DNA from: Eledone cirrhosa
Lineage: Eukaryota
Length of the DNA: 64,000 bases
Reading direction: 5' to 3'
Assembly (NCBI GenBank): GCA_964016885.1
Contig: OZ024743.1
Location: 329,902,001 to 329,966,000 of the forward strand
Shown: positions 1-13,495 of the stretch, piece after piece
Numbering within the stretch: position 1 is the first letter of the stretch
How the letters are laid out: every line of letters starts with the position of its first letter
Position numbers and translations under genes: made by a program
Notes under the pieces: generated by a model
What the model saw: only the letters and a program-made list of their open reading frames with translations
Databases searched by the model: none
What the model was told of the DNA's origin: nothing

Positions 1-213
1 TTACTTCTTCAATATATATATATATATATAAGCCAAGGGATATTTAATTTGTTGGTAATTCAACAATATATATATATTTATAACTGATTCGAAGCACTCG
101 ACAAGTTTTCTGGAGTATAATATCCAGGAAAACTTGGAGTATAATATCCAGGAAAAACTTGAACTGTTAAGATCTCGTTTCTGGATATGTCAATATTTAT
201 AAAACAAACTTTG

Positions 214-274
214 TATTTTATCTGATGAGAGCGTACCAAAGTTTTGGTACCTTTGAAATATATATAATAGAATA
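214..274 (+). ncRNA. Type I minimal hammerhead ribozyme (family A)
   Basis: TATTTTAT-CTGATGA-stem II GTACCA/TGGTAC-GAAA-TATATA-TA^-ATAGAATA; stem I pairs; palindromic stem III. Confidence 0.85.
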
Positions 275-310
275 AATATAGTTTTATAAATATAGTTTCC
301 ATTTATTAAT

Positions 311-355
<45 letters not shown>

Positions 356-428
356 TGTATAATATATATAATATATTATAAAGTAAGAAGTAATATTAGA
401 CATAAATAAATACCTATTTTTCTTTAAA

Positions 429-518
429 TTCCCGACTGTAGAGTTTCGTATACTATGCAAAAATCCTATATCATAGAGGTGTAACATTTTTGTGAGGTAG
501 GCCAACTTTTCAAGGGAA
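429..518 (-). ncRNA. Hammerhead ribozyme, U3:A8 variant
   Basis: minus: TTCCC-TTGAAAA-...-GAAA-CTCTACAG-TC^-GGGAA; upstream sequence resembles that of the 8375-8462 copy. Confidence 0.65.
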
Positions 519-696
519 CACCTCAGAGAAAGAACAATTTGAAACAGGTCTGCATCGCGCGAGAGAATCTTGAAAAGGCGGAGGGAAATACTATCACGCG
601 ACATAGTGGTCAAGAAATCGGATTAAATCCTTTGTAGCAGTGAAAAACATCTCAGAAGGCGAAGGGTATATATATTCGATACAGAGGCTGCATTAT

Positions 697-700
<4 letters not shown>

Positions 701-763
<63 letters not shown>

Positions 764-822
764 ATATATATATATATGTGTATGTATGTATATATATGTA
801 TATATATATGTACGTATGTATG

Positions 823-913
<91 letters not shown>

Positions 914-984
914 ATATATATATATATATATATGTCAATTTTTTAAAATTTATTTTGAAACTTTTTCATTATTTGCTAAACCTT

Positions 985-1036
<52 letters not shown>

Positions 1037-1082
1037 ATATATATATATATATATACACGTATGTATGTATATATGTATGTAT

Positions 1083-1154
<72 letters not shown>

Positions 1155-1199
1155 ATATATATATATATATATATACACGTATGTATGTATATATGTATG

Positions 1200-1271
<72 letters not shown>

Positions 1272-1282
1272 CGTGTGTGTAT
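701..1282. repeat. (TA)n/(TATG)n/(TG)n microsatellite block, one of dozens in the window
   Basis: direct reading. Confidence 0.95.
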
Positions 1283-1876
1283 GTAAGAGTAAAAGTATAT
1301 GCACACCCATATACACAAACATACATACACACAGATGATGTGCATGCAAGCATGTGTATTGATATATATAGAATTGATGTGGAAGCCCTGCATAACAATT
1401 CTCTAAACCAACACACAGACATGTGCAGATTGTGCATGAGGTTGCATGCATCTGTATCCTTTACAGCATTTCTGAGATTGATATGTAAACACTGTGCATA
1501 CATGCACAGCATGCAGGTATGCACATAGACACACATTAACACGAGACCATATCATCCCTTGATATGCACATTCACTTATATGTGTATATATATATGTATG
1601 TGTGTGTGTATATGTATGTGTGTAGATAGAGGAGAGAGAGGGGGGGAGGAGAGAGAAAGAGAGAGATGGGGAGGGGGAGAGATAAAGAGAGATTGGGGAA
1701 GGGAAAGAGAAAGAGAGTTAGGGATAGGGAGAGAGAGAGAGGGGGAGCGGGAGAGAGAGAAAGAGAGAGAGAGAGACATTGAGAAAGAGAGAGAGAAAGA
1801 GAGAGAGATAGAGAGAGAGAGGGGGGGGACAGGGATGTGATAAGATGTTACTAGTTTATACTCAAGGAAAGTACTG

Positions 1877-2221
1877 GGATTGGCAGTATCGGTAGAGAGT
1901 CGGACACCATGCTTTGAAGCATAGAGTTACGGCCCTTTATGATCTGAGTTCAAATCCCGCCGAGGTTAACTTTGCCTTTCATCCTTACGGGGTCGATAAA
2001 ATTAAGTACCAGTAATGTACTCGGTAATTGCTGGCCTTGTGCCAAAAGTAGAAACAATATTATAGATTACGATCAGTTCAAATCCCGCCGTGGTTAACTT
2101 TGCCTTTCATCCTTACGGGGTCGATAAAATAAAGTACCAGTCACGCACTGGGGTCGATTTAATCGATTTTGCCCTCCCCCAAAACTGCTGGCCTTGTGCT
2201 AAAAGTAGAAACAATATTATA
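1877..2221 (+). mobile_element. tRNA-derived SINE (Octopus-type), full copy plus adjacent partial copy
   Basis: A-box TGGCAGTATCGG, B-box GTTCAAATC, body TTTGCCTTTCATCCTTACGGGGTCGATAAA, tail AAAAGTAGAAACAATATTAT; more than 12 copies in window. Confidence 0.85.
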
Positions 2222-2304
2222 GGTTAGGATGCTGAACAGTGAAACTAAACCGTTTTGATAGCAATATACAAAGTTATTTTCCTATTTTGCTATCGAAACG
2301 GTTT

Positions 2305-2890
2305 AAGGTTGATGGCTGGACGAAATGGGGTTCTTCCAACGGGTGATGGAGTTACGTTCCTCGATAGAGTGCGTAGCTCGGAGATCAGAGAGTCACTTCA
2401 GGTAGAAATTCTTTTCTGAATTAAGAGATCATAACTCCGATACTATGTTTCTACTTTTGGCACAAGGCCAGCAATTATTCCATTACATTACTGGTACTAT
2501 ATTTTATCGACCCTATAAGGTTGAAAGGAAAAGTTTACCTCGGCCGATTTGAACTCAGATCGTAAAGCACCATAACTCTATGCTGTAAAGCATGGTGTCT
2601 GACACTCTACCGATACTGCCAAACCACCACCCTTAACTCCAATACTATGGGCATTTGATTAGAATGTCTCAGGAAAGAGTCACTGGACAGATTTTACGGG
2701 CCAAACCAACCGGCAGGTTACCCAGGGGTAGACACCGAGCAAACTATTTGGATAACATCCATGAGTTCGGCTTGTTTCACTTGTGGATCCAGAATCTGGA
2801 TGTATTGGAGACAGTTCTAACAGAACTCGCTGGAAGGCCTGTTTTAGAACTCTGCCCTCACGATCCTCCCAGGAAGAAGTGTATGAAGAC
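2305..2890 (+). mobile_element. RTE-clade LINE 3' fragment interrupted by a SINE
   Basis: IRMSQER..GQILRAKPTGRLPRGR C-terminal RTE motif; homologous to 20317-20780 and 37841-38405. Confidence 0.75.
2446..2630 (-). mobile_element. SINE nested in RTE, about 16-bp TSD
   Basis: TAACTCC(G/A)ATACTATG on both flanks. Confidence 0.85.
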
Positions 2891-3034
2891 GACTCGTGAT
2901 ATTTTCCTCTTTCTCTTCTCGTTCATAAGACTTTGACCCGAAACGTAAGATTCTTTCCTTTTCTTACCATATGACAATCTTAGTTTCCTTGTACATACTT
3001 TTGTACGTTTTTTTGCCTATAATCTGCCCGCCAT

Positions 3035-3160
3035 GTGTCGTCAGTTTTTACCTGTAAAGTACCTTATCTACCGGCCATATGTCTTCAGTTTTGTACCTGT
3101 AAAGTACCTTATCTTCGTGCCATTTGTCTTCAGTGTTTACCTGTAAAGTACCTTATTATA
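3035..3160. repeat. About 45-bp tandem repeat x3
   Basis: ACCTGTAAAGTACCTTAT at about 3050, 3095 and 3139. Confidence 0.8.
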
Positions 3161-3303
3161 GTTCACATTTCATTCACCTGCCTGTCTTCTTTTTCATCAT
3201 TTTTCTCTCGTTTCATTTGCGTTGTCTTCTTCTTTTACCATATATACACAATATATATATATATATATATATATATGCAGAAGTTTCACCTCCACTTTGT
3301 TCT

Positions 3304-3422
<119 letters not shown>

Positions 3423-3435
3423 ATACATATATATA

Positions 3436-3647
3436 CAGGGTGTTTCAAAAATTTTAATATCATTTGAGATGTAAATATCCCAGAAACTACAAGGTCTAGG
3501 ACAACGAGACTAAGCAGGCTCCATGTTGAGTAACACAAGATTTATTCCTCAAAACATGTCCACGTTATAACATTAATTCACAACATATATTTCAATGTGA
3601 CAACCTTGGGATCAGGCCATTGATATCAAATTGTTTTAAACACCCTG
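3436..3647. mobile_element. Tc1/mariner-type MITE
   Basis: imperfect TIRs CAGGGTGTTT.../...AAACACCCTG flanked by TA. Confidence 0.75.
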
Positions 3648-3749
3648 TATATATATATGCATGTATGTATGAGTGTACGTGTGTGTGTATGTACGTATAT
3701 ATATATATGTGTGTATGTGTGTATGTATATATGTATATCTATATATTAT

Positions 3750-3831
3750 GTCAGGAGTCCAGTTGGTGCTACTGGTAACATGTATCCCAGTACAACCTGT
3801 CTCATGGTCGGGTCGTTGGCGACTAAACTGG
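3750..3831 (+). ncRNA. HDV-like ribozyme candidate at the 5' end of an RTE-X-like element
   Basis: P1 GTCAGGAG/CTCATGGT, P2 CCAGT/ACTGG, P4 TCG-TTGG-CGA, C-TAA junction; P3/L3 shorter than usual. Confidence 0.45.
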
Positions 3832-5190
3832 CAACCCCACCAAGGTGTCTTGGTGAGGAGGGTGACTTTGCACATCCTGCAGGACTAAAAACAAAACCTG
3901 TCAAAGGGCAAAGGAACTCTTAAGAGACAATGACCATCCAAAATTACCGGGAGAGATGACCCCTTAGCCTTTGTCAAGGCAGAATTCTAGGAGAAGGAAA
4001 ACTCTGATATAACACTTGCAACCCTGATGGTATCCAATGATGTTGACTTGTTCTTCTTTTTGGTAAATATCATCTTGGTTAAGAGAGTGGGACTGGCTTT
4101 GTGCAGTGCCTTTGCTCACTATAAAAGTTTCACGGCACAGGCATTGCTTTATATCTGGAGATCTCTCTGCACTTGTCGTCACATGGTACCATGGGCCCAG
4201 TACTATGTGTCAATAAGTGTAGTGTTTGTACCAGAGTTTTCAAGTCGCTGGCTGGACTAAAAAGTCACACTCGTTCAGCCCATCGGTAGGGGTTCTCCTA
4301 CATGGATATAAAGTAGTGGCCGTACTCGAAAACGAGTTGGCAGCCACCATATCTATATATATATATGTGTATATATGTATATATATATATGTGTGTTTGT
4401 GTATGTGCGAATAGAGGATTAAGATGTGGTAATTAGGTATCTATATGAAAGAGAGAGAGAGCAACGTGTAGATGTAAATTAACAGGTATCGCCGTGAAGG
4501 AAGAAGAAATTAAATCAATGATATTAAGAAAATTAATTAAACATAAGGTTTAGAATAATCCCCTTGATAATTTATCCTGTATTAAGGAAACATTAAAACC
4601 AGCAGGAACTTCAGTGACATAAGTTGTACAGAGTTTCAATGGTTAGTTTCCACTTAGGACATATTGACATTTTCTAGTATCCTTCGACTTCAATGTGAAT
4701 GTGAATGGTCTAGGGGTTAAGGTATTAGACACACGGCCATAATATCCTGGGTTCGAATCCTGTAGCGGGTGGTGCATTTTGTTCTTCAGCAACAAACTTC
4801 ATTTTATATTGCTTTTCATGATATGATTGGGATCCCTATCATGAAGACACCCGAGAAACCGATGAAATGTAACCTCGTAGGAGCTCAGCTACACTTACAA
4901 AGGTGTGAGATGTAACAGCATGGTAGAACTGGAGTCAGTGGCTTTAAAACAAACATGGAAACTTGTATGAGATAGAGCCACGTAGAAAGTCAGCTAAACC
5001 TATTGAGGTGAGAGCAGTAACAACAATAACGACATGATAGGACTAGGGACCTTATTAAAATACTGACCCCCCCCCCCCCAAAAAAAAAAAAAACTTGACA
5101 TGTAATCTCGTAGAAAGACACCTATAGATGTATCTGTGTGATCTGTAAATTTCATTTGTGTCACCCGACATTATGTGGCGACCACATAAT

Positions 5191-5364
5191 TGGCACAAGG
5201 CCAACAATTACCCAGTACATTACTGGTACATTATTTTATCGACTCCGTAAGGATGAAAGGCAAAGTTCACCTCGGCGGGATTTGAACTCAGATCATAAAG
5301 GGACGTAACTCTATGCTTCAAAGCATGGTGTCCGACTCTCTACCGATACTGCCAATCCACCGCC
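5191..5364 (-). mobile_element. tRNA-derived SINE with about 32-bp duplicated flank
   Basis: SINE consensus; TGTCACCCGACATTATGTGGC.ACCACATAAT on both sides. Confidence 0.85.
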
Positions 5365-5627
5365 ATTATGTCACCCGACATTATGTGGCAACCACATAAT
5401 GTCGGGTGACATTATGTGACGTATGCTAGTAACATCAGTCATATCTAACTCATATCAGAGTTTGCTTTCTTATAAAAGGGAAGAACACATTGGATAATGT
5501 AGTCATACGTTCCTCTTTTCCGTAACTCCCGGGAGAGTTGTAGGAACGCTGTAGTGATATACGTTGTTTTTAGGGCATTTTAAAACCTGACAGAGCCCAT
5601 TTCGTCTCCAGGTCTGAATCCAGCAGA

Positions 5628-5694
<67 letters not shown>

Positions 5695-5887
5695 ATATAT
5701 ATATATATATTTAGAATAAGAAAATGCGAAGTAGTTTCAGATGTTATTGTCCTTTAATGATAATGCTGTGATACATATTTCAATGACGACAAGGGAACGG
5801 GCGAAGGATTCAAGAGCACCCGCTTTGTCCGTTCCCTTGTCGATTCAATTTGAATTGCCTCGGGAACGTAACCTTATTATGTAAGAA

Positions 5888-5962
5888 GCTGTCTGATGAT
5901 GTCATGGCACTGGGTAGACAGAATCGTGTGGCCACTGTCGTCATTGAAATATGTATCTCAGC
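5888..5962 (+). ncRNA. Hammerhead ribozyme inside inverted repeat 5705-6020
   Basis: GCTGT-CTGATGA-...-GAAA-TATGTA-TC^-TCAGC; the inverted arm restores ACAGC. Confidence 0.75.
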
Positions 5963-6089
5963 CTTATCAATAAAGGACTTTAACATCTGAAACTACTTCA
6001 CATTTTCTTATTCTAAATATATTCCGTCACTCCTATGTGGAAAAATACGTTGAGTGCTTGAATTGAATTGCATCGATGTTTACCGTAAG

Positions 6090-6156
<67 letters not shown>

Positions 6157-6158
<2 letters not shown>

Positions 6159-6298
6159 AAAAAGTATGACCCCGACGGCAGAGCTCAAGCCGTTTCGACG
6201 GCTATTTCTGGACTACTATTTCCCACTCTACTACCCTAAGTATTGAGTACTCTGGTGCGTTATGGTCCATCTGGTTCCTTACCACAATTCCTTTGTTA
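6157..6298. mobile_element. PLE-like terminal module (family B), inverted structure within (TA)n
   Basis: same blocks at 7400-7527, 9020-9805, 13761-13954, 43593-43690, 53658-53851. Confidence 0.75.
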
Positions 6299-6349
6299 TA
6301 TATATATATATATATATAAAGAGAGAGAGAAAGAGAGAGGGGGGAGAAA

Positions 6350-6508
6350 GAATTGACCCAAGTACTAAACTTGTACTTTTTATCGACCTCGAACGAATGA
6401 AAGGCAGAGTTGACCTTGGTGGGATTTGAACTGACAGAGTAGAAAGCCGAAACGAATACCACGAAACATTCTGTCCGACGTCCTAATGACTCTGCCAACC
6501 CGCCGCCT
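6350..6508 (-). mobile_element. Diverged tRNA-derived SINE
   Basis: TTTATCGACC..GAATGAAAGGC..GGGATTTGAACT. Confidence 0.7.
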
Positions 6509-7361
6509 AATGTAATCATATAGACATGGCAAAATGGTTAATAATTTCGCTCTGAAATCATCAGGTCTGATAGTGGATCATAACGAAGGTCCTCTTCAGC
6601 AAGTATCTTTACTGAAATTTCGGGTCGATCCGTGCTCACTGTGTGTGTGCGTGGGGGGAGGGGGTGTGCGATTTGGACGATGGAAGCACGTTCGAATGAT
6701 TGTACATGTAAACCATATGTCCAGCCTTGTCGTCCTGATTATACATAATTTTGATAAGGGTATATGTGTCACGCTGATTCTACTGAAATATCATAAGAGT
6801 ACACGTGTCTGTGAAATACTTACACTTTCATTCACGAGGTTGATGTTTACTGGATCGAACGACTGACTGCTCATCGTCGACATCGACGGAGGATCCATAA
6901 TACAAATAACTCAATCATCTTCCTCAATTCTATAAGTGAATAATCATCTATTGCCTGACACCAACATCATACGATATACAAACATTTGTGTATGGTGAAG
7001 TTTGATTAGCTCGTGGTGGTGTTGTCAGTAAATGTTCCCTAGTGTTAAACTAATGAACAAAATATCGCCAGTTAGGAAACTAACCGTAGATAAAATATAT
7101 TACATGTTAAATTAAATTGACAGAAAATATGAAACGCCTGACGACATTTCACAAAGTATTGGTTGTTAGATAATATCACAACCAAGTGCCATAGGAGGAA
7201 ATATACGTAGAACATCAGATCATGTCTTTATCAAAGATAATGAAAAGAAAGCAACAGTCGCCTTGTAATATATATACACCTAAGTATAGATTGCATGGCC
7301 TTGTTGTAAGGGTGTTGTTGCAGGTTCGATTCTTATGACGCCGATAACCTACATGTGTGTG

Positions 7362-7400
<39 letters not shown>

Positions 7401-7525
7401 GGAACGAGTAGTCTTGAGCTCAGCCGTTGGGGTTCTACTCGTTCCTATTACCCATTCTACTACCCTAAGTATTGAATACTTTGGTGCGTTATGGTCCACC
7501 TGGTTCCTTACCACATTTCCTCCGT

Positions 7526-7556
<31 letters not shown>

Positions 7557-7558
7557 AC

Positions 7559-7591
<33 letters not shown>

Positions 7592-7598
7592 AATCCAC

Positions 7599-7649
<51 letters not shown>

Positions 7650-7817
7650 TATAGATAGGTAGATATACACGGGTGTGTATGATTGTGTATAGAAGATTAT
7701 ATTAATAAGAGGAATTCCAACTGTGTCTGATTTACTCGTTTTATTTACAATCCTTTAAAATATATAATGGTATTATAATGAAATAGTATGATAGAATATT
7801 AAATTCTAAGTGTTAGT

Positions 7818-7856
7818 TGAACAAGTACTTTCATGCTTTCGCAATCTTCAGGTTCA
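7818..7856 (-). ncRNA. Minimal hammerhead ribozyme within inverted repeat 7696-8040
   Basis: minus: TGAAC-CTGAAGA-TTGCGAAAGCAT-GAAA-GTAC-TT^-GTTCA. Confidence 0.8.
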
Positions 7857-8036
7857 TAATATGTGGTGACAGTCGAGTTTGCAATTTTCAACTGTTTCAC
7901 AATTCTAAGTGTTAATTGTTCAATTAACACTTAGAATTTAATATTCTATCATACTATTTCATTATAATACCATTATATATTTTAAAGGATTGTAAATAAA
8001 ACGAGTAAATCAGACAAAGTTGGAATTCCTCTTATT

Positions 8037-8067
<31 letters not shown>

Positions 8068-8263
8068 GAAAATTAGAGTTAAAACTCCAATTGAAACCCT
8101 GTAACTATTAAGCTCCAAGTATAAAATACTGAGCCGTATAATAATATATATGCAGTAAGAAACACAGTAAACCGTGTGTCTAATATTACAAGGGTTGAAA
8201 AACCACATTTGTTTGAAACATTTAACCAAGAGACACACGGTTTACTGTGTTTCTTACTGCATA

Positions 8264-8305
<42 letters not shown>

Positions 8306-8374
8306 TATGAAGAGAGAAGAAACATTTAGATATAATTAGTAATAAAATGTATCATACCTAAACTGTTCCTAAAT

Positions 8375-8462
8375 TCCTCGACTACGTAGTTTCGTGGCAT
8401 AAACAAAAACAATATATCAAAGATATAGAGTCCTTGCGAGGTCTGCCGACTTATCAAGAGGA
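8375..8462 (-). ncRNA. Hammerhead ribozyme, U3:A8 variant
   Basis: minus: TCCTC-TTGATAA-GTCGGCA..TGCCAC-GAAA-CTACGTAG(palindrome)-TC^-GAGGA. Confidence 0.8.
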
Positions 8463-8986
8463 TACCTCATTTTACTAGTCTCAAGAACGCGTCTACACGA
8501 CGTGAGAAAGAATCCCAAAAGGCGGAGGGGGAGATAGTCACGCGATATAACGGTCGAGAAACAGAGCTAAGCCTCTTATAACCACGAAAAAAATACCACG
8601 GAGGCGGAGGGGGTATTCATATCGAGGCCGTAGAAGAGGTAGTGAAGAAGGCGAGAAGTATGAGTAATGGAAGCTTTCCAGTTGTCCCCACACTTCAAAG
8701 ATTGCTCGACCAGAGGGAGTTATTAATACATTTAGAAACACACAGATACATGCGGACACACACATATATACATGAATGCATCCGCACCCAACTGTGAGTT
8801 AAGGGTGCCAACTTCACCGATGTTGCTCAATGAATGACTGGGACAGACCAATTCAGTTTGAACCAGACTGAACCAGTATCAGAGTTAAAAATACATTATG
8901 AAGAGAGAAGAAACATTTAGATATAATTAGTAATAAAATGTATCATACCTAAACTGTTCCTAAATTCCTCGACTACGTAGTTTCGT

Positions 8987-9021
<35 letters not shown>

Positions 9022-9097
9022 CGAAGGAAATGTGGTAAGGAACCAGGTGGACCATAACGCACCAAAGTACTCAATACTTAGGGTAGTAGAGTGGGTA

Positions 9098-9801
9098 ATA
9101 GGAACAAGTAAGACCCCGACGGCTGAGCTCAAGCCGTTTCGACGGCTAATTCTGGATTGAATGAAAATTTATTCTGGTATTTAAATAGCCGAGCTTCTCA
9201 AGAGGTAATTCCATATATGGTCAAAGAGATAATCCCCAGGATTGGTCACATCACAAGTTAGTAGTAAATCTGTGATGGCAAATTGGTGGGGGAAGGGGTA
9301 GCTAAACCTGCCGGTAGGAGAAAAAGGGAGAGGGGGTGGAGTAGACCCATTCATGCGTTGGTAGTGTCGGCTATTGCTGGGCGTGAGGTCAAAGAGGATA
9401 CTGGGGAGGGGGAGGGGGGGATGTCGAAACGGTAAGTAGAACAATGAAGGGTTAAACTATAAAAAGTACTTACCGTTTTGACTTCCTCCCCTCCCCCTCC
9501 CCAGTATCCTCTTTGACCTCACACCCAGCTGTAGCCGACACTACCAACGCATGAATGGGTCTACTCCACCCCCTCTCCCTTTTTCTCCTACCGGCAGGTT
9601 TAGCTACCCCTTCCCCCACCAATTTGCCATCACAGATTTACTACTAACTTGTGATGTGACCAATCCTGGTGATTAACTCTTTGACCATATATGGAATTAC
9701 CCCTTGAGAAGCTCGGCTATTTAAATACCAGAATAAATTTTCATTCAGTCCAGAATTAGCCGTCGAAACGGCTTGAGCTCAGCCGTCGGGGTCTTACTTG
9801 T

Positions 9802-9805
<4 letters not shown>
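9098..9805. repeat. Inverted repeat with about 340-bp arms, each with a U3:A8 hammerhead (9128-9204 -, 9701-9777 +)
   Basis: arms near identical; CTC-TTGAGAA-GCTCGGCTA..TAGCCGTC-GAAA-CGGC-TT^-GAG. Confidence 0.8.
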
Positions 9806-9859
<54 letters not shown>

Positions 9860-9954
9860 ACGTGTGTTTTGTTATTTCAATTCTACACGCTGTTCGATTG
9901 CTTGCTTTTAATTCCCCTCCGGCATTTTAGCAGTGTTTTTAGTTAACGTGTTGA

Positions 9955-10034
9955 GCACTACTGAAGATCGATCCCAATTGTGACTAACCCCACTGAAAAG
10001 TTTCGTGAAATAGTCTTTTAAGACTATATAGTGC
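9955..10034 (+). ncRNA. Hammerhead ribozyme with long stem III
   Basis: GCACTA-CTGAAGA-..-GAAA-TAGTCTTTTAAGACTA-TA^-TAGTGC. Confidence 0.8.
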
Positions 10035-10197
10035 ATTTGTAGTTTTCCCAAAATTGACGGTTAAGTATTTTTTCTTGATTTTAAGATTGTATTACTTATC
10101 CCAAATCTTACGTTAAACATTTTTCATCTTGATGTTATAGTCACTTATATGTCTGAATTGTTGTTGGCTTTCTGCTTATATTAATTTCTCTATTTTC

Positions 10198-10289
<92 letters not shown>

Positions 10290-10330
10290 ATCAAGGACGG
10301 ATGGTTACTCCTTAATTACGTTTATTGGTT

Positions 10331-10415
10331 GGTGACGCGCGTTTCGCTATTGATCAACTCAAGGTTCGATCTATATCGATCTAGCCCGATTCTGTAATCA
10401 ATGGCTCGTCGGACC
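10331..10415 (-). ncRNA. Hammerhead ribozyme, U4C core
   Basis: minus: GGT-CCGACGA-GCCATTGATTA..TGATCAATAGC-GAAA-CGCGCG-TC^-ACC. Confidence 0.7.
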
Positions 10416-10804
10416 CCTGTGGTAGTAATGGCAGAATACATACATACATATATATATATATATATGTAGAAGTTATATTTAATTTGTTGGGATACAACAA
10501 GCAAATATTTTTATAACTGATATAAAGCACTCAACAAATTATTGGAGTAAAAATACAATATATTATTAACAAATGGAAACTATATTTATAAAACCATATT
10601 TATTTCATTATACATATTTCAACGGCTTAATTTAAATGTACGGGATTTAAACCTCTCCGATACTAATTTGCATAATAGACCAATAATAAAATTAGTAACC
10701 CCGCTATCCGGGAACTTCCAACGACATAGTCGCATTCTTTAAGGGTATGTCAATATTTGTTTATAAAACTGATCTATATTTGGTTATAAAACTGATCTAT
10801 ATTA

Positions 10805-10869
10805 TATTTTATCTGATGAAAGTGCACCATAATTTGCTTTGGTGTCCTTGAAATATGTATAATGAAATA
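10805..10869 (+). ncRNA. Hammerhead ribozyme (family A), with inverted 3' copy at 10560-10622
   Basis: TATTTTAT-CTGATGA-..GCACCA/TGGTGT..-GAAA-TATGTA-TA^-ATGAAATA. Confidence 0.85.
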
Positions 10870-10987
10870 AATATGGTTTTATAAATATAGTTTCCATTTG
10901 TTAATATATTGCGTGTGTTATATCTTCCAGCTTAGAAAAACGAGGAATCTGGCCTTCTTGTATTTTAACAACACACAGATATACATA

Positions 10988-11064
<77 letters not shown>

Positions 11065-11693
11065 TATAATTTGCCAAAATCCATTATCTATGTGGAGCAA
11101 GAGGGCAACACTGACAGAAAAGACGATTCAAGGACGTTCTTCAACAGACTCAGAAATTCCACTGTTAAGTTGGGAAGATGTAGCTAAAAACCAAGCAGGC
11201 TAACTCTCTCTTACCATTCAGCTTCGGTCTAAGCAAGCCAATACGGTCAGACATGCGCCTTCCTTTCACTCAGCACCTCCCTGAGTTGTCTAGGTTTCTC
11301 ACTGCAAGGAAAGACAGATGCTCTTTTACTATCCAACATCCTTTTCCACCTGAAATGTTTAAGCTATGCCCTGACCAGCGACTACCATCTAGTCTGCTAG
11401 TGCAGCCATTGTGTGTGGGTTCCCCGGGTATGTAGACATCACCACCGACGTCGACAGACTTCAACAACTTTGTATGTGTGTGTAAGTTGGTGTGAGTGAC
11501 GAAGAGAAAGAATGAGATGAAGTAAAAGACTGAAGGTGAGAGAATGAAAAAGAAAGACATTGAATGTAAAAGATGTTTGATATATTGCAATATGTCATGT
11601 GAACTAGACATATGACTCTAAATACCAATTTGTCGGCATTTTATTTTGAGCTAGGTCCAATATCGAACAAGTGGTCGGCATTAGCTGTCATAG

Positions 11694-11753
<60 letters not shown>

Positions 11754-11837
11754 TGTCATATATAAATATATATGACATCCATCTCTCTTATATATATATA
11801 TATATTTATACATACACACATATGACAGCTAATGCCT

Positions 11838-11920
<83 letters not shown>

Positions 11921-11984
11921 GCGACGAAACATAAGTCAATTGCATGAACTCATAATCCTTTATTTACTGCTATATATATTTCGA

Positions 11985-12047
<63 letters not shown>

Positions 12048-12111
12048 CATATATACATATATCTCCCTCTCTCTCTTATATATATATGAGGGACAGGGAG
12101 ATATATGCATG

Positions 12112-12143
<32 letters not shown>

Positions 12144-12796
12144 TATATATATATATGAGAGAGAGAAGGATATATATATATGTTGTTCAAATTCTCTTCA
12201 TAGACAGATACATTTCTTATAAAAGACATCTATGGAATGGTGTCGGTCAAAGCTCGGCCTAAATAACAGCAGCAGCCACTCCGCTTATAGATGTTATTGT
12301 CTGTAGATATTGTTGTCTACAGATATTGTAATCTGTAGCTGTACTCTGTCTGGCTTCTCTGATGTCATTTCGTTTAGTTTCACATACAACAAGACAACAA
12401 AACATCATACACCTATTAAATGAACGGTAGAAATATCTGCCAAAGAAATTACTCCGGCATGTCGTCTGTTAAACACTTCCAATAGAAGATTTTGCCAAGT
12501 TGCCAATAAAACTCAACTACTACTATTTTTTAATCTTTCTTTACTATATTTTTTGTTATTAGTATTATTTTTTCTTTAACGATTACCTACCTAAATGTAT
12601 TTGTCAGGAATAGATGTTTTTTATCAGTACTTTCTGCACCGAGAATACTATATCTAGATAAGTATATTGGGTATTGTCACTGTTCTCCTTTTTCTTTTTG
12701 TGTTGTATATTATTCACTTTAACCACACATGTTGGTTCGCGATATAATTCCGTAATAGATTTATCAGTATTTTCACCACTACAAGGTGATGAGAAG

Positions 12797-12856
<60 letters not shown>

Positions 12857-13010
12857 ATATAATGCGTGTGTGGTTACCGACTCTGTATTTATAAAGATAA
12901 ACCTTATAATACATATATATATATATATAACAATAGGAAGCCGATTCCTAAAATGTATTATATATATATATGCGTGTGTGTGTGTGTGCGTGCGTGTGCG
13001 TGTGTGTGTG

Positions 13011-13102
<92 letters not shown>

Positions 13103-13495
13103 GATATTTTGAGAAGGAAAGTTTGCTATGGTTGTTATATATAAACTTAGGAGTGTCTTGATATTTTGGGAAAGAAATCTGCTAAGTTAGAAGTTTCAAG
13201 GAGAATACTTTAGGTTGCCTTTCTAAGGATCATGTACATCATACATACGTATGTATATACAGACATATATATATATACATGTATGTATATACAGACATAC
13301 GTGTATACATACGTATGTATATACATACATACGTATATACATGCATATATACATACGTGTGTATACGTACTCACATAAATTCATACATACACGCGCATAC
13401 ACAAAATTATCTACATACATACTTAGTTACATAAGTACGCACATGAATGCTTATATGCAAACACACGTATATTATATATATATATACACATACGG

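Noticed and set aside
640-1542. YI/CV-rich ORFs here and throughout
   Set aside because: Dinucleotide microsatellite artefacts
1877-1965. tRNA gene
   Set aside because: A and B boxes belong to a SINE head; no cloverleaf
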